Below, in pieces: positions 1 through 9,987 of a stretch of 59,585 nucleotides of DNA. Both the position numbers and the translations under genes were made by a program. Positions within the stretch are counted from its first letter, which is position 1. Each line of letters starts with the position of its first letter. The stretch is from a virus (lineage: Duplodnaviria > Heunggongvirae > Uroviricota > Caudoviricetes), in IMG/VR virus record IMGVR_UViG_3300006226_001702, positions 139,064-198,648 of that record. One strand, written 5' to 3'. A model generated the notes under the pieces. The model made no database searches, was not told where the DNA came from, and saw only the letters and a list, made by a program, of their open reading frames with translations.

Positions 1-2038
1 AATAAGTATCAAATCCATCTTTTGGCATTGGAAACTTCTTAAATACGATAGAACTCACAGCCCTCATTGCTTCATAATCTTCAATTGAATTCACATGCTT
101 AAAATAATCTTCAAAAAGATGTTCGTGCTTAAGATAAACAATAACCAATTTTTTTAAATTATTTTTACCAATAAATTTATCCAAAAGTTTACCATCAGTT
201 AGTTTAAGAAGAAGCATCATATCAAGTACTTGCTGAGGACTTAATACGTTTTCTTTCTTCTCTTTTGGTTCTTTTGCGCTAACACCTTTCTTCTTTCCAT
301 TGCCTTTTGCATAAATCTCACCAGTATCAAATAGTGATTCAGCAATCTTATTTGGCTTACTAGTGCTTAACCCATCAATGAAGTCAAGCTCACGAATTAG
401 CATATCAACTAATCCATTCACTTGTGACTTATTGACGCCTTTGAAGAAGTCCTCTTTGTGTTTGATGATGAAGTCTTTTTCGTAATCTGGAATTGGCTTC
501 CACATTCCAAACTCTACGTCTAATCTGCTAATCGTTTCTAATTTGCGAACTTCAAAGTTCTGATTAGCATATGATTCAGCCAAAAGATTGTTGACATTTG
601 TGAGTGTTGGGTTGTACTCAAGAGATGCTCCAATCATTAGTGAAGCCGATATGAAAAAGATGAATGATTCTTTCCCAGGAACATACATCGCCACTCTAGC
701 ATTTGACTGCTCCATTCTGTTGATGCCCATGTTCTCTTGATCAACCAACCAAATGAGATAGTTGACATTTTTGACACTCACACCACACATTGCTCGTGAG
801 ATAGTTACGAAGATAGTTTTGTCGCCATTTGCTTCATTGTCGATTAGTACTTGATTGACTACTTCCTCAAGTGAAAGTTTTCGATATTTGGCATCTATCT
901 TAGATCTCCAGGCTGCCGTCAAATCGACTGTCTTCAACCCAATGAACCGCTCAGTGATTTTGCATAAGTTGCTGGCTGCTTCTACACTCTTGACTACTAC
1001 AAATGCGTTTTGCATCTTCTTATAGAATTGACTTTGTCTATCAAAAAGTTTCTCTAAGAAGTCAGCCTGCTCATGTGACTGCAACTTTTCCATTTCAATT
1101 TCATTGCCGTTGTAAGTGAGGTGACACATACTTAATCGGGTGCAGATTTTGTTTTGAATTAGCGTTTCATTTGAGATTGACTTAACGTGAGTTGGTGAGA
1201 TACTATCATAGATTTTAGCCGGGACATTTGGCGTGCCGGTCACGAGAATGATTTCCTTGCCAAGTTGCTGAAGAGCTGATGTGTACTTTTCGTGCCAAAC
1301 TCCCCAGTGAAATTCGTCGAGGACAATAGCATCATAATCTTGAGTGATTTCCAATAGATAGTCTAATATCGTTTTGAACTGCTCATCATCACCAACAGCA
1401 GCACCGATTCCTTGAATTGACTTGATAGCAAAATGCATATTGTGAAAGTCAAAGAACTGGTTTGGAAGCTTCTTCCATGCATCTCTCACCTCATTTGGTT
1501 TGCCGCTCACTATCAATATGCTCGTTTTGTTGCGCTTCATCAAATAGTATGAAGTTGTGATTGACTTGCCACCACGAGGTGGAATGAAGAGCGCCTTGAT
1601 GTTGTTGTCGTTCAAAGCGATGAATGAATCTATGATTTCTTTTTGGTATTCTCGATTAGTGAAGCTTACAGTGAGATAGTCTTTCTTCTTCATTAGGCGG
1701 ACATTCTTTTTGATCACCATTTCAGAAAGTCCATGAATGAAATATGAAATGATTATGTAGTCTACGATGCTGACGACTACATCTTTGTCTTTTGATATGG
1801 AATCAGCTACGAAGACTTCTGGACTAAAGTCACTTGGTACACACTCTAAGTCGACTAGAATCTTATGAATCTTTTTGTCTTGACCATAGGTGTCATCATC
1901 ATTTATGTGAATATCATCTATATGAATTTGTTGCCCTCGGCCTTTTCCTTTAGCATATCGGGCTGCCCATCCGTCCATAGCTTCACCGATGTTGATATAG
2001 TATTTTGAATAATCCCACCAAGACTTATATATTTTCAT
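1..2038 (-). CDS. SF2 (DExH, ResIII-like) helicase, 3' end outside window
   Basis: Manual translation from ATG 2038 (ATGA overlap with upstream stop): Q motif REYQ, Walker A IPPRGGKS, Walker B DEFH, motif III TGT; no stop listed before the window edge. Confidence 0.8.
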   Translation of the reverse strand, partial: MKIYKSWWDYSKYYINIGEAMDGWAARYAKGKGRGQQIHIDDIHINDDDTYGQDKKIHKILVDLECVPSDFSPEVFVADSISKDKDVVVSIVDYIIISYFIHGLSEMVIKKNVRLMKKKDYLTVSFTNREYQKEIIDSFIALNDNNIKALFIPPRGGKSITTSYYLMKRNKTSILIVSGKPNEVRDAWKKLPNQFFDFHNMHFAIKSIQGIGAAVGDDEQFKTILDYLLEITQDYDAIVLDEFHWGVWHEKYTSALQQLGKEIILVTGTPNVPAKIYDSISPTHVKSISNETLIQNKICTRLSMCHLTYNGNEIEMEKLQSHEQADFLEKLFDRQSQFYKKMQNAFVVVKSVEAASNLCKITERFIGLKTVDLTAAWRSKIDAKYRKLSLEEVVNQVLIDNEANGDKTIFVTISRAMCGVSVKNVNYLIWLVDQENMGINRMEQSNARVAMYVPGKESFIFFISASLMIGASLEYNPTLTNVNNLLAESYANQNFEVRKLETISRLDVEFGMWKPIPDYEKDFIIKHKEDFFKGVNKSQVNGLVDMLIRELDFIDGLSTSKPNKIAESLFDTGEIYAKGNGKKKGVSAKEPKEKKENVLSPQQVLDMMLLLKLTDGKLLDKFIGKNNLKKLVIVYLKHEHLFEDYFKHVNSIEDYEAMRAVSSIVFKKFPMPKDGFDTY

Positions 2039-2577
2039 TTTACACCACCAAATTGAAATTGTCCAGGAATTCTTTGTTTTGGTTTTTTGAAATAAATATT
2101 ATGGTCATTAGTGCTTGGCTTCATTTTTCCTAAACTCATTTTTGATATATATCTAAAATCTGTGCCAAGGAATTTTGCGGCTTTATTAAAAGATGTAAAA
2201 TGCGTAATTTTTAAAGTTTTTTGACATTCAACCCAACATTCTTTTGGAGGCATTGCCGGTTGGGCCTCATTTATTGATATCGGTTTTCCTGTGGCTTTAA
2301 ATAAATCTTCAAAATAACTTAAAACTTCTCTATTAAACCATTCTCTACAGATATGATTCTCAGTGTCTTTGCCCAATTTATGTAATGCTTTTTCAACAGC
2401 ATTTACATCATCAAAATCTGCGGCTAATAAGATGTTTATTTTACCAGGTGTAGCTGTTTTTAACCCTTGCATTCTCTTATTTAGAGAGACTGAAGTTTTT
2501 CCTATTTTAATTGGCTGTTTATGAGTGACTGGGTCCATTACCCATGAATCTTCATAAACATAACATGTTCCTTTCAT
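2035..2577 (-). CDS. T5orf172/GIY-YIG-like nuclease domain protein
   Basis: YVY...IKIGKT...R...L.T..P...E..LH...REWF pattern; basic C-terminal DNA-binding-like region. Confidence 0.7.
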   Translation of the reverse strand: MKGTCYVYEDSWVMDPVTHKQPIKIGKTSVSLNKRMQGLKTATPGKINILLAADFDDVNAVEKALHKLGKDTENHICREWFNREVLSYFEDLFKATGKPISINEAQPAMPPKECWVECQKTLKITHFTSFNKAAKFLGTDFRYISKMSLGKMKPSTNDHNIYFKKPKQRIPGQFQFGGVK

Positions 2578-2622
2578 GTAAACTCCTCATTATGTTTATA
2601 ATATTATATAAGATAGTTTTAA

Positions 2623-2805
2623 CTAATTTTCTTCTGTCTTAAGGCTATTCAGATATTCTTTTCTCCACTTTAAATAGTGAATTAGATCTTTAATTCCCTC
2701 GATAGAAAAGTGAATGATTAAGACAGGTATGGCTAAAATTGCATATCCCAATGCAAAGAAAAAGAACATAGAAAGTGCGTTCCATAGTTCAAGTAGATAA
2801 ACCAT
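2623..2805 (-). CDS. small membrane protein
   Basis: Hydrophobic N-terminal half, in operon orientation. Confidence 0.5.
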   Translation of the reverse strand: MVYLLELWNALSMFFFFALGYAILAIPVLIIHFSIEGIKDLIHYLKWRKEYLNSLKTEEN

Positions 2806-2813
2806 TTGATTAT

Positions 2814-3287
2814 TTAGTTTACTGTTAAAGTATGTGGGTTCTTAAATAATCCAGTTTCTTCTGCTGCTTGTAGATATTCGCCTTTTCCTAAGACAAACTT
2901 TTTTCCTTGCCAAGCTTCACAAGCATCAATCCATTCATCCCACTTTTCTTCTAAAGTCATATAAAAGTTGGACTCATAATTTCGACGTTGTGACCTACAG
3001 CTCCATTCTTCTTTTAGAGAACGATGTGGGTATATTACGATAGTATCACTCCATGATGCTGCTAAAATTTCTGGCAGGGCGTTAATGAAAACTATATCAA
3101 ACATACTCTGTAGTTGTTTATTCCGAGACATATAAGGCATGAGCCATTTATCTCTAAAATGTCTTTCCCAATCATAAAAATCATGGTCAACACAACTAAT
3201 CCTTTGACAATTTTCCAACACATAATAAGTCTTTCCACATGCTGGAAAACAAGCAATAGATCTACCCATATCTGTCTCCTTAATCAA
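2814..3287 (-). CDS. P-loop-containing hypothetical protein (kinase-like)
   Basis: FPACGKT Walker-A-like motif near the N-terminus. Confidence 0.5.
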   Translation of the reverse strand: MIKETDMGRSIACFPACGKTYYVLENCQRISCVDHDFYDWERHFRDKWLMPYMSRNKQLQSMFDIVFINALPEILAASWSDTIVIYPHRSLKEEWSCRSQRRNYESNFYMTLEEKWDEWIDACEAWQGKKFVLGKGEYLQAAEETGLFKNPHTLTVN

Positions 3288-3474
3288 ACAACTCAGAGTT
3301 ATGAATCAATAACACTTCTTCATATAATGCGAAAAATGGACAACCTTCGATGTAGCCATCATGTCTGGGCTTATTCACTGAACATGGAATCTTTTCATAT
3401 TTGTCACAACATTTATGACAGTCCCATTTCTCTCCAGTTTCCATTTTTCTAATTACAGTGTCATATTTACTCAT
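3280..3474 (-). CDS. small Cys-containing hypothetical protein
   Basis: Overlaps neighbours in a tightly packed operon. Confidence 0.45.
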   Translation of the reverse strand: MSKYDTVIRKMETGEKWDCHKCCDKYEKIPCSVNKPRHDGYIEGCPFFALYEEVLLIHNSELFD

Positions 3475-3652
3475 TTAATGATTCTCTTACTGCCTTAACA
3501 AACTTATTTGCTGAATCAATCATGCCATGAAATGCTTCCGTATATTGCTTATCTTTTTCATTTGGTTCAGGCTTAATCCCTAACACTTCTGACACTTCCC
3601 CGGCTGGCCCAATTAGAGCCGTGCCGAATTCAGTTTCCATTACGTCAACCAT
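3467..3652 (-). CDS. hypothetical protein
   Basis: Abuts pncB stop; AGGAG upstream. Confidence 0.5.
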   Translation of the reverse strand: MVDVMETEFGTALIGPAGEVSEVLGIKPEPNEKDKQYTEAFHGMIDSANKFVKAVRESLNE

Positions 3653-4891
3653 TTATTTGACTCCTTCAGCAATTACATTGCGAAGATATTTGAGATACTC
3701 TTCATCCTCACACATGCATTTGCCATTGACATCACTGAGCTTTGCAACTGGTTTACCATTTGCTCTAACCATTTTGAACACGATGTTTAATGGGTCTAAA
3801 TAATTACCAAAGTTATTAGTTAACTTAGTGCCAATCCCAAATGCTACTTTAATCTTGTCATGGAAATAGTCATTCAATTCAATTGCGCTATCAAAGTCAA
3901 GTCCATCACTATAGATGATAGTTTTAGTCATTGGGTCTATGCGCTCATTTTGATAGTGCTTAATCATCTTGTTTCCAAACTCATAAGGGCATCCACTATC
4001 ATGACGAACACCATCAAACAATTTGGCAAAATAAGCATCGAAGTCATGTTTGAGAAAATAGTCAACTCCCAAAGTATCACTCAATGCCGTTCCCAAATGC
4101 CCGCGATATTCATCAGCCCAAACTTGCATCATGTAACGTTGACTGTTTGCAATAGTCACATTATCTAATGCTTGTCCTAACTGAATGTATTCATGAGCCA
4201 TAGTTCCAATTGGAGTTAACCCAAGCTCTTTAGCAAACATCACATTAGAAGTTCCAGTAAAGACGAAGTTTAATCCATCATCTTTGCCAGGGTTTTCATA
4301 AGTCTCTTTGAGAACTTTAAGTACATTCCTTTGCCAATCTTTGCTGAACCTTCGTCTAGTTCCAAAGTCTGACACTAAAAGACGATGTTTGCTATTCTGT
4401 GCTTTTATTAGTCCTCTACGAAGATAATGCCCGCCATCTTCCATAACTTGTTGTTGATAAACTTTGTCAACTTTTGCCATTTGATGTTTGAAATAGACTT
4501 CATTGACGATAGCGAGCACATAAATCTCAAACATACTGACCGACCAAATTGGGCCTTCAGCAGAGATGCATAAGTTGTTAGCACCATACATTACGTCAAT
4601 GTAACGGCGATTAAGTTTGAACATCCTCAAGAACTCGATGAACCCATGAGCATCTTTCATGAAGTAGATACTCTTAATGTAATCAATTTCATCCTCAGTG
4701 AAACGAAGTTCACATAAAGCGTTGATGTTATCTCTAATCTCGTTAACCATTTCCTGAGTCCAAATTATTCCTTCGTTTCGGCACTTAAACTTGTAAGTCG
4801 CATTTATGTGTGGGAACTTGTGGAAGAAAACTCGCGCCATCGTGATTTTGTAGAAATCTGTATCTAACAAGCTGTGAATTATTGGTTGCAT
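3653..4891 (-). CDS. pncB: nicotinate phosphoribosyltransferase
   Basis: SLLDTDFYKITM, DFGTRRRFS, GTSNV, PIGTMAHE, GVRHDSG, SDGL, FGIGT, NIVFKM, VAKLSD..GK motifs. Confidence 0.95.
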   Translation of the reverse strand: MQPIIHSLLDTDFYKITMARVFFHKFPHINATYKFKCRNEGIIWTQEMVNEIRDNINALCELRFTEDEIDYIKSIYFMKDAHGFIEFLRMFKLNRRYIDVMYGANNLCISAEGPIWSVSMFEIYVLAIVNEVYFKHQMAKVDKVYQQQVMEDGGHYLRRGLIKAQNSKHRLLVSDFGTRRRFSKDWQRNVLKVLKETYENPGKDDGLNFVFTGTSNVMFAKELGLTPIGTMAHEYIQLGQALDNVTIANSQRYMMQVWADEYRGHLGTALSDTLGVDYFLKHDFDAYFAKLFDGVRHDSGCPYEFGNKMIKHYQNERIDPMTKTIIYSDGLDFDSAIELNDYFHDKIKVAFGIGTKLTNNFGNYLDPLNIVFKMVRANGKPVAKLSDVNGKCMCEDEEYLKYLRNVIAEGVK

Positions 4892-4892
4892 A

Positions 4893-5639
4893 TTACACTC
4901 CTTCGAAAGCTGGAATAACTTCCAACTTGTGCTGATTTGCTATATGAAGCCTACATATTTTGGCTTCAATTTCTTTGTCATCTATTTCGCCAGTTCGGAT
5001 GTAACGGTCAAGCACTTCATAAGTGAAGCCCAAGTTGTCCTCATCAGTTTTCCCGCTCAATCCATCTTCTGGAACTTTGTCAATGAACTCATTTGGAATG
5101 TCCATCACTCTGCCAATTTCCTTAACTTCGGAAACTGTCAATTTAGCAATTGGCGCAAAATCTCCAGCTGCATCTCCAAACTTGGTTGCATACCCAACCC
5201 AATCTTCACTTAGATTAGATGTGTTTGCAACCCTTCCATCGAAAACAGTTGCAACTGCATAAAGAGTTGTCATCCTAATGCGAGCCGGCATATTAGTAGT
5301 CATCTGATCATTGGTGCCAATCTTAACGGATATCATTTCGTGCATTTCGTTAAACACCGAGCCAATGTTGTACTCAATGTGAGTTATATCAAAGTGCTCG
5401 CACACTTTAATTGCCACATCACTATCATGCTGTTGAAAGCAGGGCATGCGAACTCCAATGACTCTATTTTTGCCAAGTGCTTCGATACAGAGGCCAGCGA
5501 CTATGGTGCTGTCTTTTCCACCAGATATGCCAACTATTGCACAAGAGTTGGGGCCATTCTTCTCGAACCAATTCCTAATCCATCTAACTATATGAAGTCT
5601 AGTAGTTTCAGCATTAAACATAGTGTTCCGTCCTTCCAA
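4893..5639 (-). CDS. nadE: NH3-dependent NAD+ synthetase
   Basis: GISGGKDS PP-loop, ARIRMTTLY, GYATKFGD, TDEDNLGFTY, HK; no glutaminase domain. Confidence 0.95.
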   Translation of the reverse strand: MEGRNTMFNAETTRLHIVRWIRNWFEKNGPNSCAIVGISGGKDSTIVAGLCIEALGKNRVIGVRMPCFQQHDSDVAIKVCEHFDITHIEYNIGSVFNEMHEMISVKIGTNDQMTTNMPARIRMTTLYAVATVFDGRVANTSNLSEDWVGYATKFGDAAGDFAPIAKLTVSEVKEIGRVMDIPNEFIDKVPEDGLSGKTDEDNLGFTYEVLDRYIRTGEIDDKEIEAKICRLHIANQHKLEVIPAFEGV

Positions 5640-6627
5640 TAGTTATACCGGCTGCTCTCAAGTCATTAAGTGCTTGATACCCATGTTCGGGGTTGACTGC
5701 TGCAATAGCATCTGCTACAACAGTAATTTCAGCTCCCTCAAAAAGTCTCTTTGCTCCAAGCGCAGTCATCTTAACACAGTAGTCAGTTGCCACCCCACAG
5801 ATAACGACTTCCTTAATCACTTGCTGTTTACCAATTGTATAAGCCCACAAGCCATGGTTAGTCAATTCAGCAGGGCCATCACCCTCATTGACGTACTCAA
5901 ACACCGAGTAACATTCCCTTCCAGGATGCATTCCTTTTCGCCAAATTGTGTCTGCCTTTTCTTGAAGGATTCCATCAAACACATTTGCACCATCAGTTCC
6001 TGCTACACAGTGGTTGGGCCACATCATTTGATTGATGAACTTCCCACCCTGAAAAGATTGTTTCATGGAAAATAAAGCCGTTCCATGTGTAGATGCAAAC
6101 GACTCATGGTTTTCTGGGTGCCAATCCTGCGTTATAATCTTGTTTACGAACTTGTCTTGCCCTAAAAGGATGTTGATATTGTTGCAAATATCAAGTGCAC
6201 CCTTAACCGATAGTGCACCACCTGCACTTACAAAATCAACCTGTGGGTCAACCACAATCAAAATCTTCATGTTTTCTCTCCTGTTTAGTTTGCTAAATTG
6301 TTCGTAGTTCATCGAACGTAATAGTTTGACTTTTCGACTATCAGCCGTTATGTAAGAACCAATGCTGTCTGAACGGATTATGATTTCTCCGTTATATTCA
6401 TACTCATTATAAACTCCGCCAAGTTGCTCATCGACTTCTTTTGGGAAGTACTTTAACATGTCTTCAACATTGTCAGTACAACATACGAAGTTTGGGTCCC
6501 AACCTTCAACATACTCCATATTTGGCAAAAACGATGGGACATCATCTTGCTTAATACCGCCTTTCTTGAACCAAAAACCACCTTCAGTAATTGGTCTGTC
6601 ACCTTTTTCATAATGGTATAATATCAT
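5614..6627 (-). CDS. pncA: nicotinamidase (isochorismatase family) with ~119-aa N-terminal extension; probable internal start at 6270
   Basis: VVDPQVDF..GGAL, TQDWHP, WPNHCV, RKG, YSVF, GVATDYCV motifs. Confidence 0.92.
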   Translation of the reverse strand: MILYHYEKGDRPITEGGFWFKKGGIKQDDVPSFLPNMEYVEGWDPNFVCCTDNVEDMLKYFPKEVDEQLGGVYNEYEYNGEIIIRSDSIGSYITADSRKVKLLRSMNYEQFSKLNRRENMKILIVVDPQVDFVSAGGALSVKGALDICNNINILLGQDKFVNKIITQDWHPENHESFASTHGTALFSMKQSFQGGKFINQMMWPNHCVAGTDGANVFDGILQEKADTIWRKGMHPGRECYSVFEYVNEGDGPAELTNHGLWAYTIGKQQVIKEVVICGVATDYCVKMTALGAKRLFEGAEITVVADAIAAVNPEHGYQALNDLRAAGITIGRTEHYV

Positions 6628-6648
6628 TTCAAATCCCTCCTTGGAACT

Positions 6649-7656
6649 CTAAATTAGATTCTTGATTATTTGATAGTGATCAAATGCAAATTCCCTCTTA
6701 TATTTGTCGACATCATTAAAAGACATCCACATAGCATCATTGGCGTCATCAGCCGCCTTAACAGTTGGCCAATTTTTCACATTCAAATCAAACACATGCG
6801 TGTGAGATATTGCTCTGCCTCTATCATCTCTGTTGATTGCGTCGAACACTTTAACTTGCTTAACACAATTCTCGAGGATTGGGCGGGCTACACTTATTTG
6901 AGTTTCCTCTTTCAGCTCGCGAATTGCGCTATCTCTTAAAGTTTCATGTTGGTTAACGAACCCACCAGGCAGTGCATACATATCTTTGTGAGGATTGCGA
7001 CCTCTCTTAATGACGAGCACATGTCCTCGACAAATGACGAGACTGTCAACTGTAACGAAGATTGGCGGGAAAGGAGCATCAGCCCATTTTGCTTTGTAGT
7101 TATCCACAAACTTTTGTTCGTTTGCTAATTTGCTGTAATCTTTTGTGAAAGTCCATTCTTCCATAACGGCAGCTGCCATTGGAGGAACTAGCTCTTTCCA
7201 TTTGTTGTCGCCACTAAAATAGAGCCGGCGAACATCAGTTGCATTCAGTTGGTAACGACCTTGGATATTGTCAAATTCATACTGAGGAAAATGGTTTAAC
7301 CAAAAACTGCCAGCATCTTTGTAGTAGCCAATAATTGCAGCTTTTTCTAAGCCAATTTTTCTACAATGAGAATCTATTATGCTTTGTACATTGTGTAGCC
7401 ATTTGTTGAAGTCATAAGCACTATCAGGTACTCCTGCTACAAATGGATTTTTGTCAAGAATAGAACCAGACGAGATCATATTGACTCTAGTCTGAAAGTC
7501 GAAAGGATTTCTCAGTGAGACAGGCGCCTCAGAACTACCGACTAAAACGAGAACTTGTTCATAATCGTTGATTGCTTTTTTTAAGACTTCATAATGACCA
7601 TTATGAATTGGTTGGAATCTTCCGATGAAAACTCCAAGTGTTTTTTCTTTAATCAT
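6649..7656 (-). CDS. bifunctional NMN/NaMN adenylyltransferase - ADP-ribose pyrophosphatase (NadM-Nudix)
   Basis: GRFQPIHNGH, RNPF, NATDVR; Nudix box GGFVNQHETLRDSAIRELKEET; ADDA, FDH. Confidence 0.93.
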   Translation of the reverse strand: MIKEKTLGVFIGRFQPIHNGHYEVLKKAINDYEQVLVLVGSSEAPVSLRNPFDFQTRVNMISSGSILDKNPFVAGVPDSAYDFNKWLHNVQSIIDSHCRKIGLEKAAIIGYYKDAGSFWLNHFPQYEFDNIQGRYQLNATDVRRLYFSGDNKWKELVPPMAAAVMEEWTFTKDYSKLANEQKFVDNYKAKWADAPFPPIFVTVDSLVICRGHVLVIKRGRNPHKDMYALPGGFVNQHETLRDSAIRELKEETQISVARPILENCVKQVKVFDAINRDDRGRAISHTHVFDLNVKNWPTVKAADDANDAMWMSFNDVDKYKREFAFDHYQIIKNLI

Positions 7657-7713
7657 GTTAACTCCATTTCGGGAAACTCCGTGTTACCCTATGATTATTT
7701 AGTTATGTTTATA

Positions 7714-7905
7714 TTAACTAAGTTCCGTAACACGGTACCCCAATATGTCAGAATTCTTTCCTTCAAACAAATAGCGGACATATTTAGTCAGCCACTCTTC
7801 ATTAGAATCAGCATGATTTGGAAAAAGCGTTTCAATCACATGCTGATGAATTGAAGCTTCTATTTCAATTGTAACTTTAGCCTTAACAGGTTCTCTCGTA
7901 AACAT
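7714..7905 (-). CDS. hypothetical protein
   Basis: AAGGAG SD upstream. Confidence 0.5.
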   Translation of the reverse strand: MFTREPVKAKVTIEIEASIHQHVIETLFPNHADSNEEWLTKYVRYLFEGKNSDILGYRVTELS

Positions 7906-7915
7906 TTCAATCTCC

Positions 7916-8146
7916 TTATGGTTTTGGAATTTGTTGGTCCAATTCTTTGATTAGAGGCTTCTTGAAGAACCTCTCCTTAAATGCAATCTGTCTAGCATCT
8001 TTCAAGCAGCGATTTTCCCTTGCATCGTATGTCGTGACTTGTGTGCCGCAGGACGGGCATATCGATCTACACATCACTAATCTACTATTGCTTGTAAACA
8101 CATGATCACAGTTGTTACAAGCATACCCAAATTTCCAATCAGCCAT
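7916..8146 (-). CDS. zinc-ribbon protein
   Basis: CNNC...CPSCG. Confidence 0.55.
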   Translation of the reverse strand: MADWKFGYACNNCDHVFTSNSRLVMCRSICPSCGTQVTTYDARENRCLKDARQIAFKERFFKKPLIKELDQQIPKP

Positions 8147-8148
8147 AT

Positions 8149-8358
8149 CTAAACGCTCCTAAAAGTAACTTCTTGAAGTCCAATGTTATGTTTATCCATA
8201 AGCTCTTCTGCTAATTGTTTTCGTAAATCTTCCTTTGAGCTTATGCCAGCGAAATTGAACCCAAATAAAGTGGGCACATGCATAATAAGTTTTCCTTTCA
8301 CTGGAAAACAACCATATTTCTTATACTCCAAACCAGTAAACTTTGCTTCAAAATTCAT
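8149..8358 (-). CDS. hypothetical protein
   Basis: GGAGG SD upstream. Confidence 0.5.
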   Translation of the reverse strand: MNFEAKFTGLEYKKYGCFPVKGKLIMHVPTLFGFNFAGISSKEDLRKQLAEELMDKHNIGLQEVTFRSV

Positions 8359-8370
8359 ATTCCCTCCAAC

Positions 8371-8395
8371 AAAAATAGCCCGTATTTCTACGGGC
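8371..8395 (-). terminator. intrinsic terminator after cca
   Basis: GCCCGTA-GAAA-TACGGGC followed by TATTTTT. Confidence 0.7.
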
Positions 8396-8401
8396 GTTAA
8401 A

Positions 8402-9847
8402 CTACAGTTTCAAACCTTTTGCGTGGTTCAGCAATTTAGTCCTGTCTTCTTCTCCACACAGTTGCAAATTGAAAGTGTGATACAGCCTATCCTTGAAGTC
8501 TGGGCCAGGTTTCATACCTTCCAATATCAAGTCATTGCCAGTTATGATTGGCTCAGGCAGAACAGTGCCATGAACTTTTATCAATTCCCTAACAGTTTCC
8601 TTGAACTCATTAGCCTCAACTTCATTCGGTATGACTCCATCAAAAGACGAACCCATTGTATCACAGAAGCCCAGCAGCATCATCAGTTTGAAGTCCTCAG
8701 TTGCCAGCATCCGGCGTATCTTGTGAACTTTCTTCATTTTTGGCAAGTCGTGCATGTTCATGTGCTTCTTAACCAAATGAGTTACTCTGTCCACTATATC
8801 ACCACTGAACTTCATCCTAGTCAGGATTTCTCTAGTCAGATTAGCCCCAACTACATCATGAGTGTGAAAGCGGTCAGTGCCATCGGGCTTTGCCTCTCTC
8901 ACTAATGGCTTGCCAATGTCGTGCAGTAGTGCGGCCAACATCAGTATCAGTCCCTCGTGCTCAGTCATTGCGTCATACTTCATTCCGCTTGCTACTTTCA
9001 GACTAGCAAATCTCACAACATTCAGAACATGGGCCAGGATTGTGTTGCCAAAAGGCTTCAAAGTTTCCTTGTGCCATTTACAGTTGTGTTCCTCATGCAA
9101 GCGAGTTGTCTCTGGGATTATCAGCTGCATCAGTCCAACTTCAAACATCAGTTTCACTGTTTCAAATGCATTTGGGCCGACCAAAATCTTGGACAGTTCC
9201 ATCATTATCCGCTCTTGACTAACGTTCTCAAAAGTGTGTTCACCAGCTGTCTCAACAAACCATTTGATGTTATCCAGAGATTTCCACTCAATGGAAAATC
9301 CCAACTGGCTCATGAAACGGAATGCCCTCAATATTCTCAACTTGTCTTCCCTAATGCGAGTTAGCGGGCAACCAACAAAATCAATCTCTCGGTCCATTAT
9401 GTCAACCGCTCCAGCAAAAGGGTCCCTTATGATTCCCTTGATTGGGTCAAAAGCGATTGCATTCATAGTGAAGTCTCTACGAGCGAGGTCCACTTCAACT
9501 TCGCGAACCGGCTCAACTACATCAGGCTTGCGGCCATTGCCACCAACATCTTTACGAAACTGGGCAATCTCAAAAGGCTCGCCATTCACTACGACAGTAA
9601 CTATTCCAAATGCAATCCCCATTTCAATTACATGAAAATCTTCAAAAACTTTCTTGATATCTTCAGGTGTGGCATTGGAAGCGATGTCGATATCATGAGG
9701 AACTTTCCCCATCAAGTGGTCACGAACAGCTCCGCCCACAACATAAGCCTCAAACCCGGCTGCATTCAATTTGGAGAAAATAGTCATTGCATTGCTACTC
9801 AATTTCAATTCAGTCACGATTTCCTCCTTAATAAAACTTCTTAACAA
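8402..9847 (-). CDS. cca: CCA-adding tRNA nucleotidyltransferase with HD phosphohydrolase domain
   Basis: VGGAVRD, DIDIA, DLARRDFTMNA, EDKLRILRAFRF, SQERI, LLHDIGKP. Confidence 0.9.
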   Translation of the reverse strand: MLRSFIKEEIVTELKLSSNAMTIFSKLNAAGFEAYVVGGAVRDHLMGKVPHDIDIASNATPEDIKKVFEDFHVIEMGIAFGIVTVVVNGEPFEIAQFRKDVGGNGRKPDVVEPVREVEVDLARRDFTMNAIAFDPIKGIIRDPFAGAVDIMDREIDFVGCPLTRIREDKLRILRAFRFMSQLGFSIEWKSLDNIKWFVETAGEHTFENVSQERIMMELSKILVGPNAFETVKLMFEVGLMQLIIPETTRLHEEHNCKWHKETLKPFGNTILAHVLNVVRFASLKVASGMKYDAMTEHEGLILMLAALLHDIGKPLVREAKPDGTDRFHTHDVVGANLTREILTRMKFSGDIVDRVTHLVKKHMNMHDLPKMKKVHKIRRMLATEDFKLMMLLGFCDTMGSSFDGVIPNEVEANEFKETVRELIKVHGTVLPEPIITGNDLILEGMKPGPDFKDRLYHTFNLQLCGEEDRTKLLNHAKGLKL

Positions 9848-9987
9848 TTAAACACATTATGGGAAAACTGGCAAAAGCAGCCAGCGCCAAGATACTACCA
9901 ATCATCTCAGGTGTCATACATTCCTCCCAATCCAATAGCCGCAGGCGAACATGCCAATCGCCACAATACATGCTAAAATTAACAAGC

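Noticed and set aside
3860-9844. Numerous + strand ORFs opposite the NAD and cca genes
   Set aside because: Antisense shadows of well-supported - strand genes, with no motifs
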